This document shows positions 29,128 through 37,991 of a stretch of 64,000 nt of DNA, in pieces. The DNA is taken from positions 208,928-272,927 of the forward strand of contig CAWFDC010000011.1 in the NCBI GenBank assembly GCA_963814545.1, in the 5' to 3' direction. The DNA comes from an uncultured Thermoleophilia bacterium. GTDB taxonomy: Bacteria > Actinomycetota > Thermoleophilia > UBA2241. The notes under the pieces were generated by a model. That model did no database searches. It was not told where the DNA came from and worked only from the letters and a program-made list of their open reading frames with translations. How positions within the stretch are numbered: position 1 is the stretch's first letter; every line of letters begins with the position of its first letter. A program made the translations under genes and the position numbers.

Positions 29128-30174
29128 TCAAGCTGACGCCAGACGCGCCATCGTCGCCGTCATGATCGCCGCAGCCTCCTCGATGTCGGCGTCGTCGACG
29201 TCGAGGTGCGTGACGAACCGCAGGCCGTAGGGATTGGGGTCCACCAGCAGGCCCGCCGGCGCCGCGGCCTCAGCGACTTGATCGGCGGTCAGACCCGCCG
29301 GCCGTGGGTCGGCGAGCACCATGTTCGTGTGGACGCGCGCGACGTCGACGGCGAGCCCCGGCACGGCGGCCAGTCGCTCGGCAAGACAACGCGCACGGCG
29401 ATGGTCGTCCGCGAGACGCGCGATGTTGTGCTCGAGAGCATGGAGACCGCCGGCCGCCACGATGCCTACCTGGCGCATCGCGCCGCCGAACTGCAGCCGA
29501 TAACGCACTGCGCGCCTCACGAGACGCTCGCTCCCGAGCAGGAGCGAGCCGACTGGAGCCCCTAGCCCTTTCGAGAGGCAGGCGTTCAACGAGTCGAACG
29601 GCGCCGCCAGCTCGCGCAGGGACGACCCGGTCGCGACGTGGGCGTTGAAGATGCGCGCGCCGTCGAGATGGAGCGCCAGCCCGTGGCGGTCGCAGAACGC
29701 CCGCATCTCCAGGACCTTCTCCTGCGGGTACACGACACCACCGGCGGCATTGTGGGTGTTCTCGAGGCTGACGACGCGCGTCACCGAGTCGTCGGCCTCC
29801 TCGTCGGTGCGCACGTAGAGCTCGAGTTCGCCGGAGTCGAGTGTGCCGTCCGGCGAGTCGAATTGCCGCAGCTGCAGCCCCGACAGCGCCGCCGCGGCTC
29901 CCATCTCCCACTGCACGATGTGCGACCGGGCGTGGATGAACACCTCGTCGCCGGCATCGGCCTGCACGCGCAGCGCGACCTGGTTGCTCATCGTCCCGGT
30001 CGGGAAGAAGAGCGCGGCCTCCTTGCCGAACAGCTCCGCGGCGCGCTCCTGGAGGGCGTTGACGCTCGGGTCCTCACCAGACTCATCGTCGCCCACCGGA
30101 GCTGCCGCCATCACCCGGCGCATCTCCTCGTCGGGACACGTCTTCGTGTCGCTGCGCAAGTCGATGGTCTTCAT
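29128..30174 (-). CDS. ltaE: Low-specificity L-threonine aldolase (PLP-dependent)
   Basis: Start MKTIDLRSDTKTCPDEEMRRVMAAAPVGDDESGEDPSVNALQERAAELFGKEAALFFPTGTMSNQVAL (RBS GGAGG) matches the threonine aldolase N-terminus. The later segment HLDGARIFNA also fits. Confidence 0.75.
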   Translation of the reverse strand: MKTIDLRSDTKTCPDEEMRRVMAAAPVGDDESGEDPSVNALQERAAELFGKEAALFFPTGTMSNQVALRVQADAGDEVFIHARSHIVQWEMGAAAALSGLQLRQFDSPDGTLDSGELELYVRTDEEADDSVTRVVSLENTHNAAGGVVYPQEKVLEMRAFCDRHGLALHLDGARIFNAHVATGSSLRELAAPFDSLNACLSKGLGAPVGSLLLGSERLVRRAVRYRLQFGGAMRQVGIVAAGGLHALEHNIARLADDHRRARCLAERLAAVPGLAVDVARVHTNMVLADPRPAGLTADQVAEAAAPAGLLVDPNPYGLRFVTHLDVDDADIEEAAAIMTATMARLASA

Positions 30175-30242
30175 GTCAGTGCCTGCAGCGTTTGACCTCC
30201 TGCCAGCGGATCGGGCGCGCCGCCCCACCATCCACGCAATAC

Positions 30243-30264
30243 TACTGTTGACTGTCGACACTCG
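30243..30264. promoter_or_regulatory. Operator-like site E: TACTGTTGACTGTCGACACTCG
   Basis: It lies 70-90 bp upstream of the ltaE ATG. Confidence 0.5.
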
Positions 30265-30399
30265 CAAGCATCTGCGCCTTGCGCCGGCGACCCGCGTGCG
30301 GAGCCGAGCCCGCGCCAAGTCGAGCTCCCGGTCGTCTCGAGAGAGACGACCGGCCCCCCCGCTGCCCCGAGCCGCTCCCGGCGGCCCCCGTCACTGACA

Positions 30400-31518
30400 T
30401 CAGCCACGACCCTTCTTCACCGCGTACCAAGCCTGGATCCAGTCGATGTGCTCGAGTTCGGCCGCGCGGGCGACCGGGCGGCTCAGGTGCTCGAGATCGG
30501 CAAGCCCGAGGCGAGCGCGGTCGGCTGGTCCCATCAGCGCCGCGGCCTCGCGATTGGCGGCCATATCCCCGGAGGCGGTCGCAAGAAGGGCCTGCGTGGT
30601 CGGCCGCAGGCAGTACTCGATCAGCGCGTATGCGGCGTCGAGGTCGCGCGCCTGCGCCGTGATGGCGAGACCGCAGGCGGCGAGCGGCTGCCCTTCCTCG
30701 GCGAGCGCGAAGTCGACTGCCAAACCGCGGCGCTCGAGTTCGGACGCGGTGCGGCGGTCGCCCACGGCGATCGCCACGTGGCCGGTCCGAAAGGCGCTCG
30801 CCAGGTTGTCGAGGTCGTGCCAGAAGGAGCTGAAGTGGTCCTCGTAGTGCCTGAGGTGGGCCTTGGCGGCGACCACCTGCTCGGCCGTCAGTGCCTCCGG
30901 ATCGGGCAGACCGAGATCGAGGGCGGCGATCTGGAAGGCCAGGGCTGCGTCGTCGGCGAAGCCCAGACGGCCTTTGTAACGGGCCGCGAAGAGATCACCG
31001 AATGAGTCAGGCGGCTGCGCCGTCTCGGCCGGGTCGTAGACGATGCCCGTGACCGAGGCCGTCAACGGCACCATGTAGACCTTGCCGTCGACGATCACGC
31101 CGGGCAGATCCTTGAGGACGGGGTAGAGACGGTCCCACTGGGTGATCCGGCTTGTGTCGAGAGGCCGCAGCAGGCCTTGCCGTGCGAGACGCTCGGCGGT
31201 CTCGTTGCTGCACACCTCCACGACGTCGGCGTGCCGCCCTGCGCTCAGGTCGACGAGAAGGTCTTCACCGAACGCGTACGGCTCCACGCTGACCGCGACA
31301 GGGAACGGGACCCGGCCGGGCTCCGTGAGGCCCGCGGCCGAGATCAGCCCCGGCCGCGCGAACAGGACCAGGTCAGAGCCCTCCGAGGATGACGCACCGG
31401 CCTGCGGCGCTCCTTCGGGGAACGCCGTTCCCCCACACGCGGCGAGGACACCCAGCGCAACGGCAAGGATCGACTGCGTGAGGGCGATGGAGCGAAGATG
31501 CCTGCGCGAGACCTGCAT
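30400..31518 (-). CDS. ABC transporter substrate-binding lipoprotein (PotD/PotF-like, family 1 solute-binding protein)
   Basis: Start MQVSRRHLRSIALTQSILAVALGVLAACGG has a lipobox. It is a paralog of the potD-like gene at 18965. It sits immediately downstream of gntR and is probably co-transcribed. Confidence 0.6.
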   Translation of the reverse strand: MQVSRRHLRSIALTQSILAVALGVLAACGGTAFPEGAPQAGASSSEGSDLVLFARPGLISAAGLTEPGRVPFPVAVSVEPYAFGEDLLVDLSAGRHADVVEVCSNETAERLARQGLLRPLDTSRITQWDRLYPVLKDLPGVIVDGKVYMVPLTASVTGIVYDPAETAQPPDSFGDLFAARYKGRLGFADDAALAFQIAALDLGLPDPEALTAEQVVAAKAHLRHYEDHFSSFWHDLDNLASAFRTGHVAIAVGDRRTASELERRGLAVDFALAEEGQPLAACGLAITAQARDLDAAYALIEYCLRPTTQALLATASGDMAANREAAALMGPADRARLGLADLEHLSRPVARAAELEHIDWIQAWYAVKKGRG

Positions 31519-31537
31519 GACGCGGCCGCCGCACGGA

Positions 31538-32206
31538 CTACGGGCGATCGGGCAAGGCGTCGATGTAGGTGGCGACGAGGTCGCGAGCCTTGTCGACGTG
31601 CGCCTCGAAGCGACAGGCGGCGAGCGAAGTATCGCCGCTCTCGACGGCCTCCATGAGCGGCTCGTGCTCGACGGCGACGTCGTCCATCGATTGGTACAGG
31701 TACTCATCGAGCTTCATGAGGTTCTTGAGGACCGGCACATGACGGACGTAGACCTCGTGGAGGCGGCGGTTGCCGGTCAGCCGGCACAGCCCCTCGTGGA
31801 AGGCGAGATCGGCTCGCGACACCGCCGCCACGTCAGCGCTGTCGGCGGCTGCGAGCAAACGATCGAGCAGCTTGCGCAGCGAGCGCGCATCGGAGGCCCG
31901 TCCGCGCGCGGTCACCTGTCGCGCGGCGCGAGCCTCGAGGGCGGCGCGCAGGTCGTAGATCTCACGCACGTCGACGCCGGTGAGCCGCACCACGAACGTG
32001 CCTCGATGCGGCTCGTCACGCACCAGGCCCTCGGCGCGCAGCATCTTGAAGGCCTCGCGAACGGGGCCCCGGCTCACCCCGAGGTGCTGAGCGATCCCGG
32101 CCTCGACGAGCCGCTCGCCCTGGTGGAAGCCCCCGGTCAGGATCTCCTCGCGGATGCGGTCGGCGACGTCTTCGGCGAGGAGTTTTCTGGTTTGGAGAGG
32201 TCGCAT
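31538..32206 (-). CDS. GntR-family transcriptional regulator (FadR/FCD subfamily)
   Basis: The N-terminal wHTH is LLAEDVADRIREEILTGGFHQGERLVEAGIAQHLGVSRGPVREAFKMLRAEGLV. The C-terminal FCD-like helical domain carries His residues. Confidence 0.8.
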   Translation of the reverse strand: MRPLQTRKLLAEDVADRIREEILTGGFHQGERLVEAGIAQHLGVSRGPVREAFKMLRAEGLVRDEPHRGTFVVRLTGVDVREIYDLRAALEARAARQVTARGRASDARSLRKLLDRLLAAADSADVAAVSRADLAFHEGLCRLTGNRRLHEVYVRHVPVLKNLMKLDEYLYQSMDDVAVEHEPLMEAVESGDTSLAACRFEAHVDKARDLVATYIDALPDRP

Positions 32207-32307
32207 TTCGCCGACATCCTACCTTTCGAACCGTTCGCACCTCAACTGGCCGAGCGGGCGCGTCGAGAGACGCCGATCTGAATTGTCAGCATGCACGGTC
32301 ATTGATA

Positions 32308-32321
32308 GACTGTCAACAGTC
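32308..32321. promoter_or_regulatory. Operator-like site F: GACTGTCAACAGTC (near-perfect palindrome) in the gntR/aminotransferase divergent promoter
   Basis: It lies about 100 bp upstream of the gntR ATG and about 76 bp upstream of the aminotransferase ATG. A partial half-site TTGTCAGC lies at 32283. Confidence 0.55.
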
Positions 32322-32396
32322 GACGTGGAACTCGCCGACCCCGCATTCGGGCACTCACGGTGTGCGCGATACCTGGCTCGACGCAAGGAGGCAGCC

Positions 32397-33833
32397 ATGA
32401 GCGACGGGAGTACCGGCGTGAGCCGAGGGTTCCGCTTCCCGAATGTCGTCACTCGCCTCCCGGGACCGACGTCCACTCGCCTCCTCGCGACCGCAGACGC
32501 CCTGTTGTGCGGACCCTTGCGGGAGCACGTCGACGTGCCGTTCGTCGAGTCCCGCAAGGACGACTGGCTGATCGAGGACGTCGACGGCAATACGTTCGCG
32601 GACCACGTCTCCGCGTGGGGCTCGACACCGCTCGGGGGACACCCCTCGGCCGGTCGGGCGGCTGCCGAAGCGCAGGAGCGCTACGGCATGGAGATCACCG
32701 ACTACGTGATGAACGAGCCCGCGATCGCTCTGGCGCAGCGCCTCGTGGAGATAGCGCCCCCGGGCATCTCGCGCGCGGGGCCGAGCATCAGCGGCACGGA
32801 GGCGGTCGAGGCGGGCGTCAAGCTCGCTCGTGAGGCCACCGGGCGCCCCATGATCCTCGGCTTCCTCGGTCAGTACCACGGCGAGTCCACCTACCTGACC
32901 GCGGCCGCAAGCACCGACCTCTCGGAAGTGACGAGCAACAACGCGCAGTACGTCTCCGGTGTCGTCTTCGCTCCCTACCCGAACGCCTTCCGGGCGCCGT
33001 TCCACAAGGGCCCGGGCCCGTACGACGACACCCTGTACGTCGATTTCATCGAGGAGTACCTCCTCGTGCACCAGGTCGATCCCGAGCAGGTGGCCGGCGT
33101 CCTCATCGAGCCCGTGGCCGGCGAGGGCGGCATCCTGATACCGTCGAAGGCGTTCTGGTCGCGCCTCGAGGGTCTCTGCCGGCGCTACGGCTGGATGCTC
33201 ATCCTCGACGAGGTACAGACGTGCCTCGGGCGTTGCGGCGCCATGTTCGCCGCCGAGCTCTGGGACCTCGCCCCCGACATCCTCCTCATGGGGAAGGGCA
33301 TCGCCGCGGGATGTCAGCCGATCGCCGCGGTGCTCGCCACCGAGGAGGTGATGGCCGAGTCGGACGTGCACCCCGGGGGCACCTTCGCCTGGACTCCGGC
33401 GGCGTGCGCCGGGGCGCTCGCCGGCATCGACGCGATCTACAGCGAGCGCGCCCTCGAGAACGCGCGCGCCCTCGACCAGATGGCTCACGAGGAGCTGGAC
33501 CCGCTGGTCGACCGCTTCGAGCAGGTCGGGGACGTCCGCGTGATCGGAGCTTGGGTCGGGATCGAGTTCGTCACCGACAAGTCGTCCATCGCGCCGGCGC
33601 CGGCGTTCCACGCCGCGGTCCACCAGGCGCTGGTGCGCCGGGGAGTGCTCGGCATCACACAGTGGGGGAAGTGGGTCTACCGCCTGCAGCCCGCCATCAA
33701 CATGCCGCCCGAGTTGTTCCGGTGGTCCTGCCGGCAGGTCGCCGAGGCCATCGCCGAGGTGGCCGCCTGCCCGCCCGCCGAGCCCGGGCTGCTCGGTCGC
33801 TTCGACGACGGCCTCCGCCGACGCACCGGGTGA
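32397..33833 (+). CDS. Class-III (PLP) aminotransferase, GABA/putrescine/acetylornithine aminotransferase family
   Basis: ATG follows AAGGAGG. The segment ILDEVQTCLGRCGAMFA (the usual Gly of DEVQTGxGRTG replaced by Cys) and LLMGKGIAAG (Schiff-base Lys) identify the family. The 478-aa ORF is intact. Confidence 0.75.
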   Translation: MSDGSTGVSRGFRFPNVVTRLPGPTSTRLLATADALLCGPLREHVDVPFVESRKDDWLIEDVDGNTFADHVSAWGSTPLGGHPSAGRAAAEAQERYGMEITDYVMNEPAIALAQRLVEIAPPGISRAGPSISGTEAVEAGVKLAREATGRPMILGFLGQYHGESTYLTAAASTDLSEVTSNNAQYVSGVVFAPYPNAFRAPFHKGPGPYDDTLYVDFIEEYLLVHQVDPEQVAGVLIEPVAGEGGILIPSKAFWSRLEGLCRRYGWMLILDEVQTCLGRCGAMFAAELWDLAPDILLMGKGIAAGCQPIAAVLATEEVMAESDVHPGGTFAWTPAACAGALAGIDAIYSERALENARALDQMAHEELDPLVDRFEQVGDVRVIGAWVGIEFVTDKSSIAPAPAFHAAVHQALVRRGVLGITQWGKWVYRLQPAINMPPELFRWSCRQVAEAIAEVAACPPAEPGLLGRFDDGLRRRTG

Positions 33834-34300
33834 GCTCCCGGCCGCGCGTTCGTCACACGCTGGCGGGCGCCACCGCGATCATTGCGGCGGGCGTCGTCCT
33901 CGGACTGGTCGCCAACGGCGTCGCGGGCAGCGGCCTCCCTCTCGTGCGGGAGAGCGGACGCCCGGGGGAGACGGTGACCGTCGACGCGGCCCGCGGTGCC
34001 CAGCGGGCAGGAGCCGCCCTCATCGACGCTCGCCCTCGCGAAGATTACTTGAACGGACACATCGACGGCGCGATCAGCGTGCCCTTCGCCGCGCGCCAGA
34101 GCGAGCGCGATCGGCTTCGCAGTGAGCTGCCGCGGACCCGCCCGCTCATCGTGTACTGCGAAGGCGGCGACTGCCGGGCGGCCGGCGACCTGAGCGTGTG
34201 GTTGCTTGCCGGAGGTTGGCGCGACGTCCGCGTGCTGGAAGGAGGCTACCCGGTCTGGGAGGCGGCAGGGTTCCCGGTGCGCACCGGAGGGTCGCCGTGA
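33830..34300 (+). CDS. Rhodanese-domain sulfurtransferase, membrane-anchored
   Basis: A GTG start overlaps the upstream stop (GTGA). After an N-terminal TM helix come LIDARPREDYLNGHIDGAISVP and the active-site loop YCEGGDCRAA. Confidence 0.65.
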   Translation: MSSRPRVRHTLAGATAIIAAGVVLGLVANGVAGSGLPLVRESGRPGETVTVDAARGAQRAGAALIDARPREDYLNGHIDGAISVPFAARQSERDRLRSELPRTRPLIVYCEGGDCRAAGDLSVWLLAGGWRDVRVLEGGYPVWEAAGFPVRTGGSP

Positions 34301-34830
34301 CCGTGGCCGGCCAGAGCGGTCGCGGCACGCCCGTCGCCATCCGCGTGCTCCTCGACCGAAGACTGACGCTTGCGCTCCGCCTCGTCGTCGGGACGCTGTT
34401 CGTCTACGCCAGCTACGAGAGGGTGCTGGACCCCCAGCCCCTCGCCGACGCCATCGACGACTACCGGGTCCTTCCTCTCGCTCTCGTGAACCTTGCCGCC
34501 CTCACACTGCCGTGGCTCGAGATGCTCACCGGTCTCTGCCTCCTCGGCGGGCTCGGAGTCCCGGGCGCCGGCGCCGTGACGAGCGGACTCGCGGCCATGT
34601 ACTCGATCGCCATCGCCAGCGTCCTTGCGCGCGGGCTCGACATCGGCTGCGGGTGCTTCGGGGGCGATGCGCCGCTGGCATGGGACGACCTCTGGCTCCG
34701 CCTGGGCCTCCTGGCGGCGGGTTGCCAGATCGCGCTCACGGCGCCGATCGTCGACTGGCCGCTGACGGCGATCACACGCCGGGCCAGTCGTCGCCGAGGC
34801 GCCAGAGGTCCCAGGCCAGCCGGCGGATGA
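34297..34830 (+). CDS. DoxX/MauE-family membrane protein
   Basis: A GTG start overlaps the rhodanese stop (GTGA). The protein has four TM helices and the C-terminal GCGCFGG motif typical of MauE/DoxX. Confidence 0.6.
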   Translation: MTVAGQSGRGTPVAIRVLLDRRLTLALRLVVGTLFVYASYERVLDPQPLADAIDDYRVLPLALVNLAALTLPWLEMLTGLCLLGGLGVPGAGAVTSGLAAMYSIAIASVLARGLDIGCGCFGGDAPLAWDDLWLRLGLLAAGCQIALTAPIVDWPLTAITRRASRRRGARGPRPAGG

Positions 34831-35923
34831 CCAGCGCGCACCGGACGACCTCAGCCAGCGCGAGACGCTCGTCCGGACGGTGCGCGGTCGCCAGCCGCGG
34901 CCCGGGACCGAACACGACCGCCTCGGCGCCGGCCAGCTCCACCATGTTGTGAGCGTCGGTCCAGGCCGGGAACCCGAAGAGCTTCGGCTCCCGGCCGAGT
35001 GTCTCGCCGACGGCCCGCCGAACCGCGTGGACGAACGGTGCGTTCGCGGGCGTCTCCCACGCGTCGACGACTTCGATCGCCTGCACCTCGGCTTCGTGGC
35101 AGGCGGCCAGTTCCGAGAGCTCGCGCAGCACCACGCCCACAGGCAGACCGGGGGCGACGCGCACGTCGAGGTGCACGTCGGCCTGGTCAGGGACGACGTG
35201 CAGATCACTCCCGCCGTGCAGCTCCTGGACGAGAACCGCCGTCGAGACGAGCGGGTGCGCGTGACGCGCGAGTGCCAGGTCGTCCAAGGCAAGGACGAGC
35301 CGCGCCGCCTTGACCACGGCGTTGTCGCCCTGCTCCGGGAGCGACCCGTGGGCGGAACGCCCGCGCACGCGGATCATGACCTCGACCACGCCGGCCTCCG
35401 CGACGGCGAGATCGAGGCCGGTCGATTCCATGACCAGGCAGGATCGAGGGCGCAGCGAGCGCGCGAGCGCCATGGAGCCCGTCCCGCCCTCCTCCTCGTC
35501 GACGGTGAGCCCGAGGCTGAGCGGCAGATCGTCGACGGGCACACCGGCCGCTCGGGCGAGGAGCAGTCCTAGCAGCGCCGCGGTGACGCTTCCCTTGTCG
35601 TCCGCCGCGCCGAGGCCCCACACCTCCCCCCCGACGACGCGAGCCCTGCCGTCCCACCGCCAGGTCGGTCTGATCGTGTCCACGTGGGCGACGATCGCGA
35701 GACGAGGCCCGACTGGGCACCCGATGACCAAGTCGTCGCAGCCGCTTTCCACTGAAAGACGACGTGTCACCAGTCCGAGCTGGAGGGCGCGGGCCTCCAG
35801 GTAGTCGACGACGGCCTTCTCGTCACCCGACGGGGACGGGATCTCGATGAGACGCACGAGCTCCTCGAGCGCCCACGCCTCCGCCCGGGCCAGCTCATCG
35901 GCCTCGGGCGGCGGCAGGGACAT
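34772..35923 (-). CDS. M20-family metallopeptidase/deacylase (ArgE/DapE-like)
   Basis: MSLPPPEADELARAEAWALEELVRLIEIPSPSGDE, AHVDTI, GAADDKGS and EEGG are M20 metal-ligand motifs. The 383-aa ORF is intact. Its 3' end overlaps the convergent DoxX gene by about 59 nt. Confidence 0.7.
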   Translation of the reverse strand: MSLPPPEADELARAEAWALEELVRLIEIPSPSGDEKAVVDYLEARALQLGLVTRRLSVESGCDDLVIGCPVGPRLAIVAHVDTIRPTWRWDGRARVVGGEVWGLGAADDKGSVTAALLGLLLARAAGVPVDDLPLSLGLTVDEEEGGTGSMALARSLRPRSCLVMESTGLDLAVAEAGVVEVMIRVRGRSAHGSLPEQGDNAVVKAARLVLALDDLALARHAHPLVSTAVLVQELHGGSDLHVVPDQADVHLDVRVAPGLPVGVVLRELSELAACHEAEVQAIEVVDAWETPANAPFVHAVRRAVGETLGREPKLFGFPAWTDAHNMVELAGAEAVVFGPGPRLATAHRPDERLALAEVVRCALVIRRLAWDLWRLGDDWPGV

Positions 35924-35970
35924 CCCTGCCGCCTTCAGGCTCGGGTGTCCTTCCTCCTCGCACGCCTGCG

Positions 35971-36339
35971 TCACTCGGCCGCCGGCAACTCGATGTGATA
36001 CCCCTTGACGATCGTCTCGTGCACCGTCCACACGCTGCGATAACCGGCGGCGAAGACGCAGACATCGCCGGCCTCGACGTCGAACGGCGCGCTGCCGTCG
36101 TCGGGCGCGACCGTCATGCGCCCGGCGAGCACCACGAAAGTCTCGTCGCCGTCCATCACGTCGTGGAACACGCCCGGAGTCACGCTCCAGATACCGCTGA
36201 ACACGCGCTCGTCGGCAGAGACGTAGAGGTCGTGACTCATCATCCGCGGCGATCCTTCGATGACCGCCCCGGGCGCGAAGTCCTCGGGTTCCAGCGGTAC
36301 GCTGGCGGCGCTGCCGATCGCGGGCAGGGCACTCATCAT
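35971..36339 (-). CDS. Cupin-domain protein (cupin_3 / DUF861-like)
   Basis: The 122-aa protein has ATGATG overlapping the upstream stop. A small beta-barrel motif GDETFVVLAGRMTV...GDVCVFAAG is present. Confidence 0.55.
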   Translation of the reverse strand: MMSALPAIGSAASVPLEPEDFAPGAVIEGSPRMMSHDLYVSADERVFSGIWSVTPGVFHDVMDGDETFVVLAGRMTVAPDDGSAPFDVEAGDVCVFAAGYRSVWTVHETIVKGYHIELPAAE

Positions 36340-37991
36340 TCGCCACCCGAGGGCTTGCGCACGAGCTTCCTCTTCTTCGCGTCGCGAAGCACCTCGTTGG
36401 CGCAGTTCGTCCCATTGGCGCCGGAGATGCCGCCGCCGGGGTGGGTGCCGGCGCCGCACAGATAGAGGTTGCGGACGGGCATCCGGTAGCTGGCCCAGCC
36501 GCGTACCGGGCGCATGATGAACATCTGGTGATCGCCCATGTCGCCATGCAACGCATGGCCGCCTGTGGCGTTGAAGAGGCGCTCCATGTCGAGCGGCGAG
36601 AGCACCTGCCGGTGTTCGATCATGCCGTCGAGCCCGGGGAAGTACTCGCAGAGCTGCTTGACGCAGCGGTCGGCGACCTCGTCGATGATGTCGTCCCACT
36701 TCGAGCCGTCACGCAACGTGTAGGGCTGCGAGTTCATGTCGATCGTCATGATGTGCTTGCCCTCGGGCGCCATGGACGGGTCGAACACGGTGGGGAAGCA
36801 GCACTCGACGTGAGGATGCTCCCTGGCCGGGATCCCGGCGCGCGCCTCGGCCTGGTTCAGGTCCATCAGCTGGATCGACGAGGTCACCTCGATGATGCTG
36901 CGGTGGTAGCTCTGCACACCGTCTCCGTCGTTGAGGGCGGGGAAGGCCAGCTTGGGCAGAGCTCCCAATGCGAGGTTCACCTTGATGCTCGTGCCGTCGG
37001 TGATGAACGTCTTCAGGGAGCTGCAGAAGCCTGGCTCGAGGTTCGCCTCGCCGACGAGCCCGAGCATCGTCGTCTTGGGGTCGGCGTTCGAGACCACCAG
37101 GCCGGCCTCTATCACTTCACCGTCTGCCAGCAGAACGCCGGTCGCCGCCCCGCCGGTGACGATGACTTGTTCCACGGGGGCGCTCGTGCGGACCTCGCCG
37201 CCGGCCTCGCGGACGGCGTCTGCCATCAGCCGGCCCAGCGTGCCGATGCCGCCGCGCACGAAGCCCCACTTGCGGACGCCGCCACCCACCTCGGAGGACG
37301 CGTACTCGTGCAGGAGCGTGTATGCGGTGCCCGGCGTCGACGGCCCCGAGACCGAGTCGTTGATCGAGAACCACCCGAGACCCGCTTTGACCTCTTCGGA
37401 CTCGAAGTACTCGTCGAGGTAGGTCGCGCTGGACACCATCATGAGGTGGTAGGCGTCCAGCAACAGCTTCCGGTTCTTCAGCGCCGTACCACCCAGCCGG
37501 CCCATGCGGCCCCAGTCGGCGAGGCTCTTCATGCGGAGGTCGGGCGGCGTGAGTCCGAACAACGGCCCGAACCAGCGCGCGATCCGGGTCAGACCCTCCT
37601 CGAACCTGGGGTAGGCGGCGGCGTCCTTCTTCGAGAAGCGGCCTACCTCCCTTGCGGCCTCGGAGGCGTGCTCTTCCATCCAGAAGTGGGCTCCGCTCGA
37701 ATAGACGTTGAGATTGGGGCCGCAGGCGTCGACATACAGGCCGCGCTCGGCGAGCCGCATGTCGCGCCAGATGTGCTCGCCCAGCATGGCCAGCACGTAG
37801 GCCCCCGTTGATGCGCGAAAACCGGGGGCGAACTCCTCGGTGACGGCCATGCCGCCGACCATCTCGCGACGCTCAAGGACCAGCGTGCGGAGCCCCCCGC
37901 GGGCGAGGTAGAACGCCGCCACCAGACCGTTGTGGCCGCCGCCGATCACCACCGCGTCGTATCGCCGATCGGTCGGGGTCACGCTGCTCAT
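36336..37991 (-). CDS. FAD-dependent oxidoreductase, phytoene-desaturase/amine-oxidase (CrtI-like) family
   Basis: N-terminal YDAVVIGGGHNGLVAAFYLARGGLRTLVLE (GxGxxG). The 551-aa ORF is intact. Confidence 0.65.
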   Translation of the reverse strand: MSSVTPTDRRYDAVVIGGGHNGLVAAFYLARGGLRTLVLERREMVGGMAVTEEFAPGFRASTGAYVLAMLGEHIWRDMRLAERGLYVDACGPNLNVYSSGAHFWMEEHASEAAREVGRFSKKDAAAYPRFEEGLTRIARWFGPLFGLTPPDLRMKSLADWGRMGRLGGTALKNRKLLLDAYHLMMVSSATYLDEYFESEEVKAGLGWFSINDSVSGPSTPGTAYTLLHEYASSEVGGGVRKWGFVRGGIGTLGRLMADAVREAGGEVRTSAPVEQVIVTGGAATGVLLADGEVIEAGLVVSNADPKTTMLGLVGEANLEPGFCSSLKTFITDGTSIKVNLALGALPKLAFPALNDGDGVQSYHRSIIEVTSSIQLMDLNQAEARAGIPAREHPHVECCFPTVFDPSMAPEGKHIMTIDMNSQPYTLRDGSKWDDIIDEVADRCVKQLCEYFPGLDGMIEHRQVLSPLDMERLFNATGGHALHGDMGDHQMFIMRPVRGWASYRMPVRNLYLCGAGTHPGGGISGANGTNCANEVLRDAKKRKLVRKPSGGE

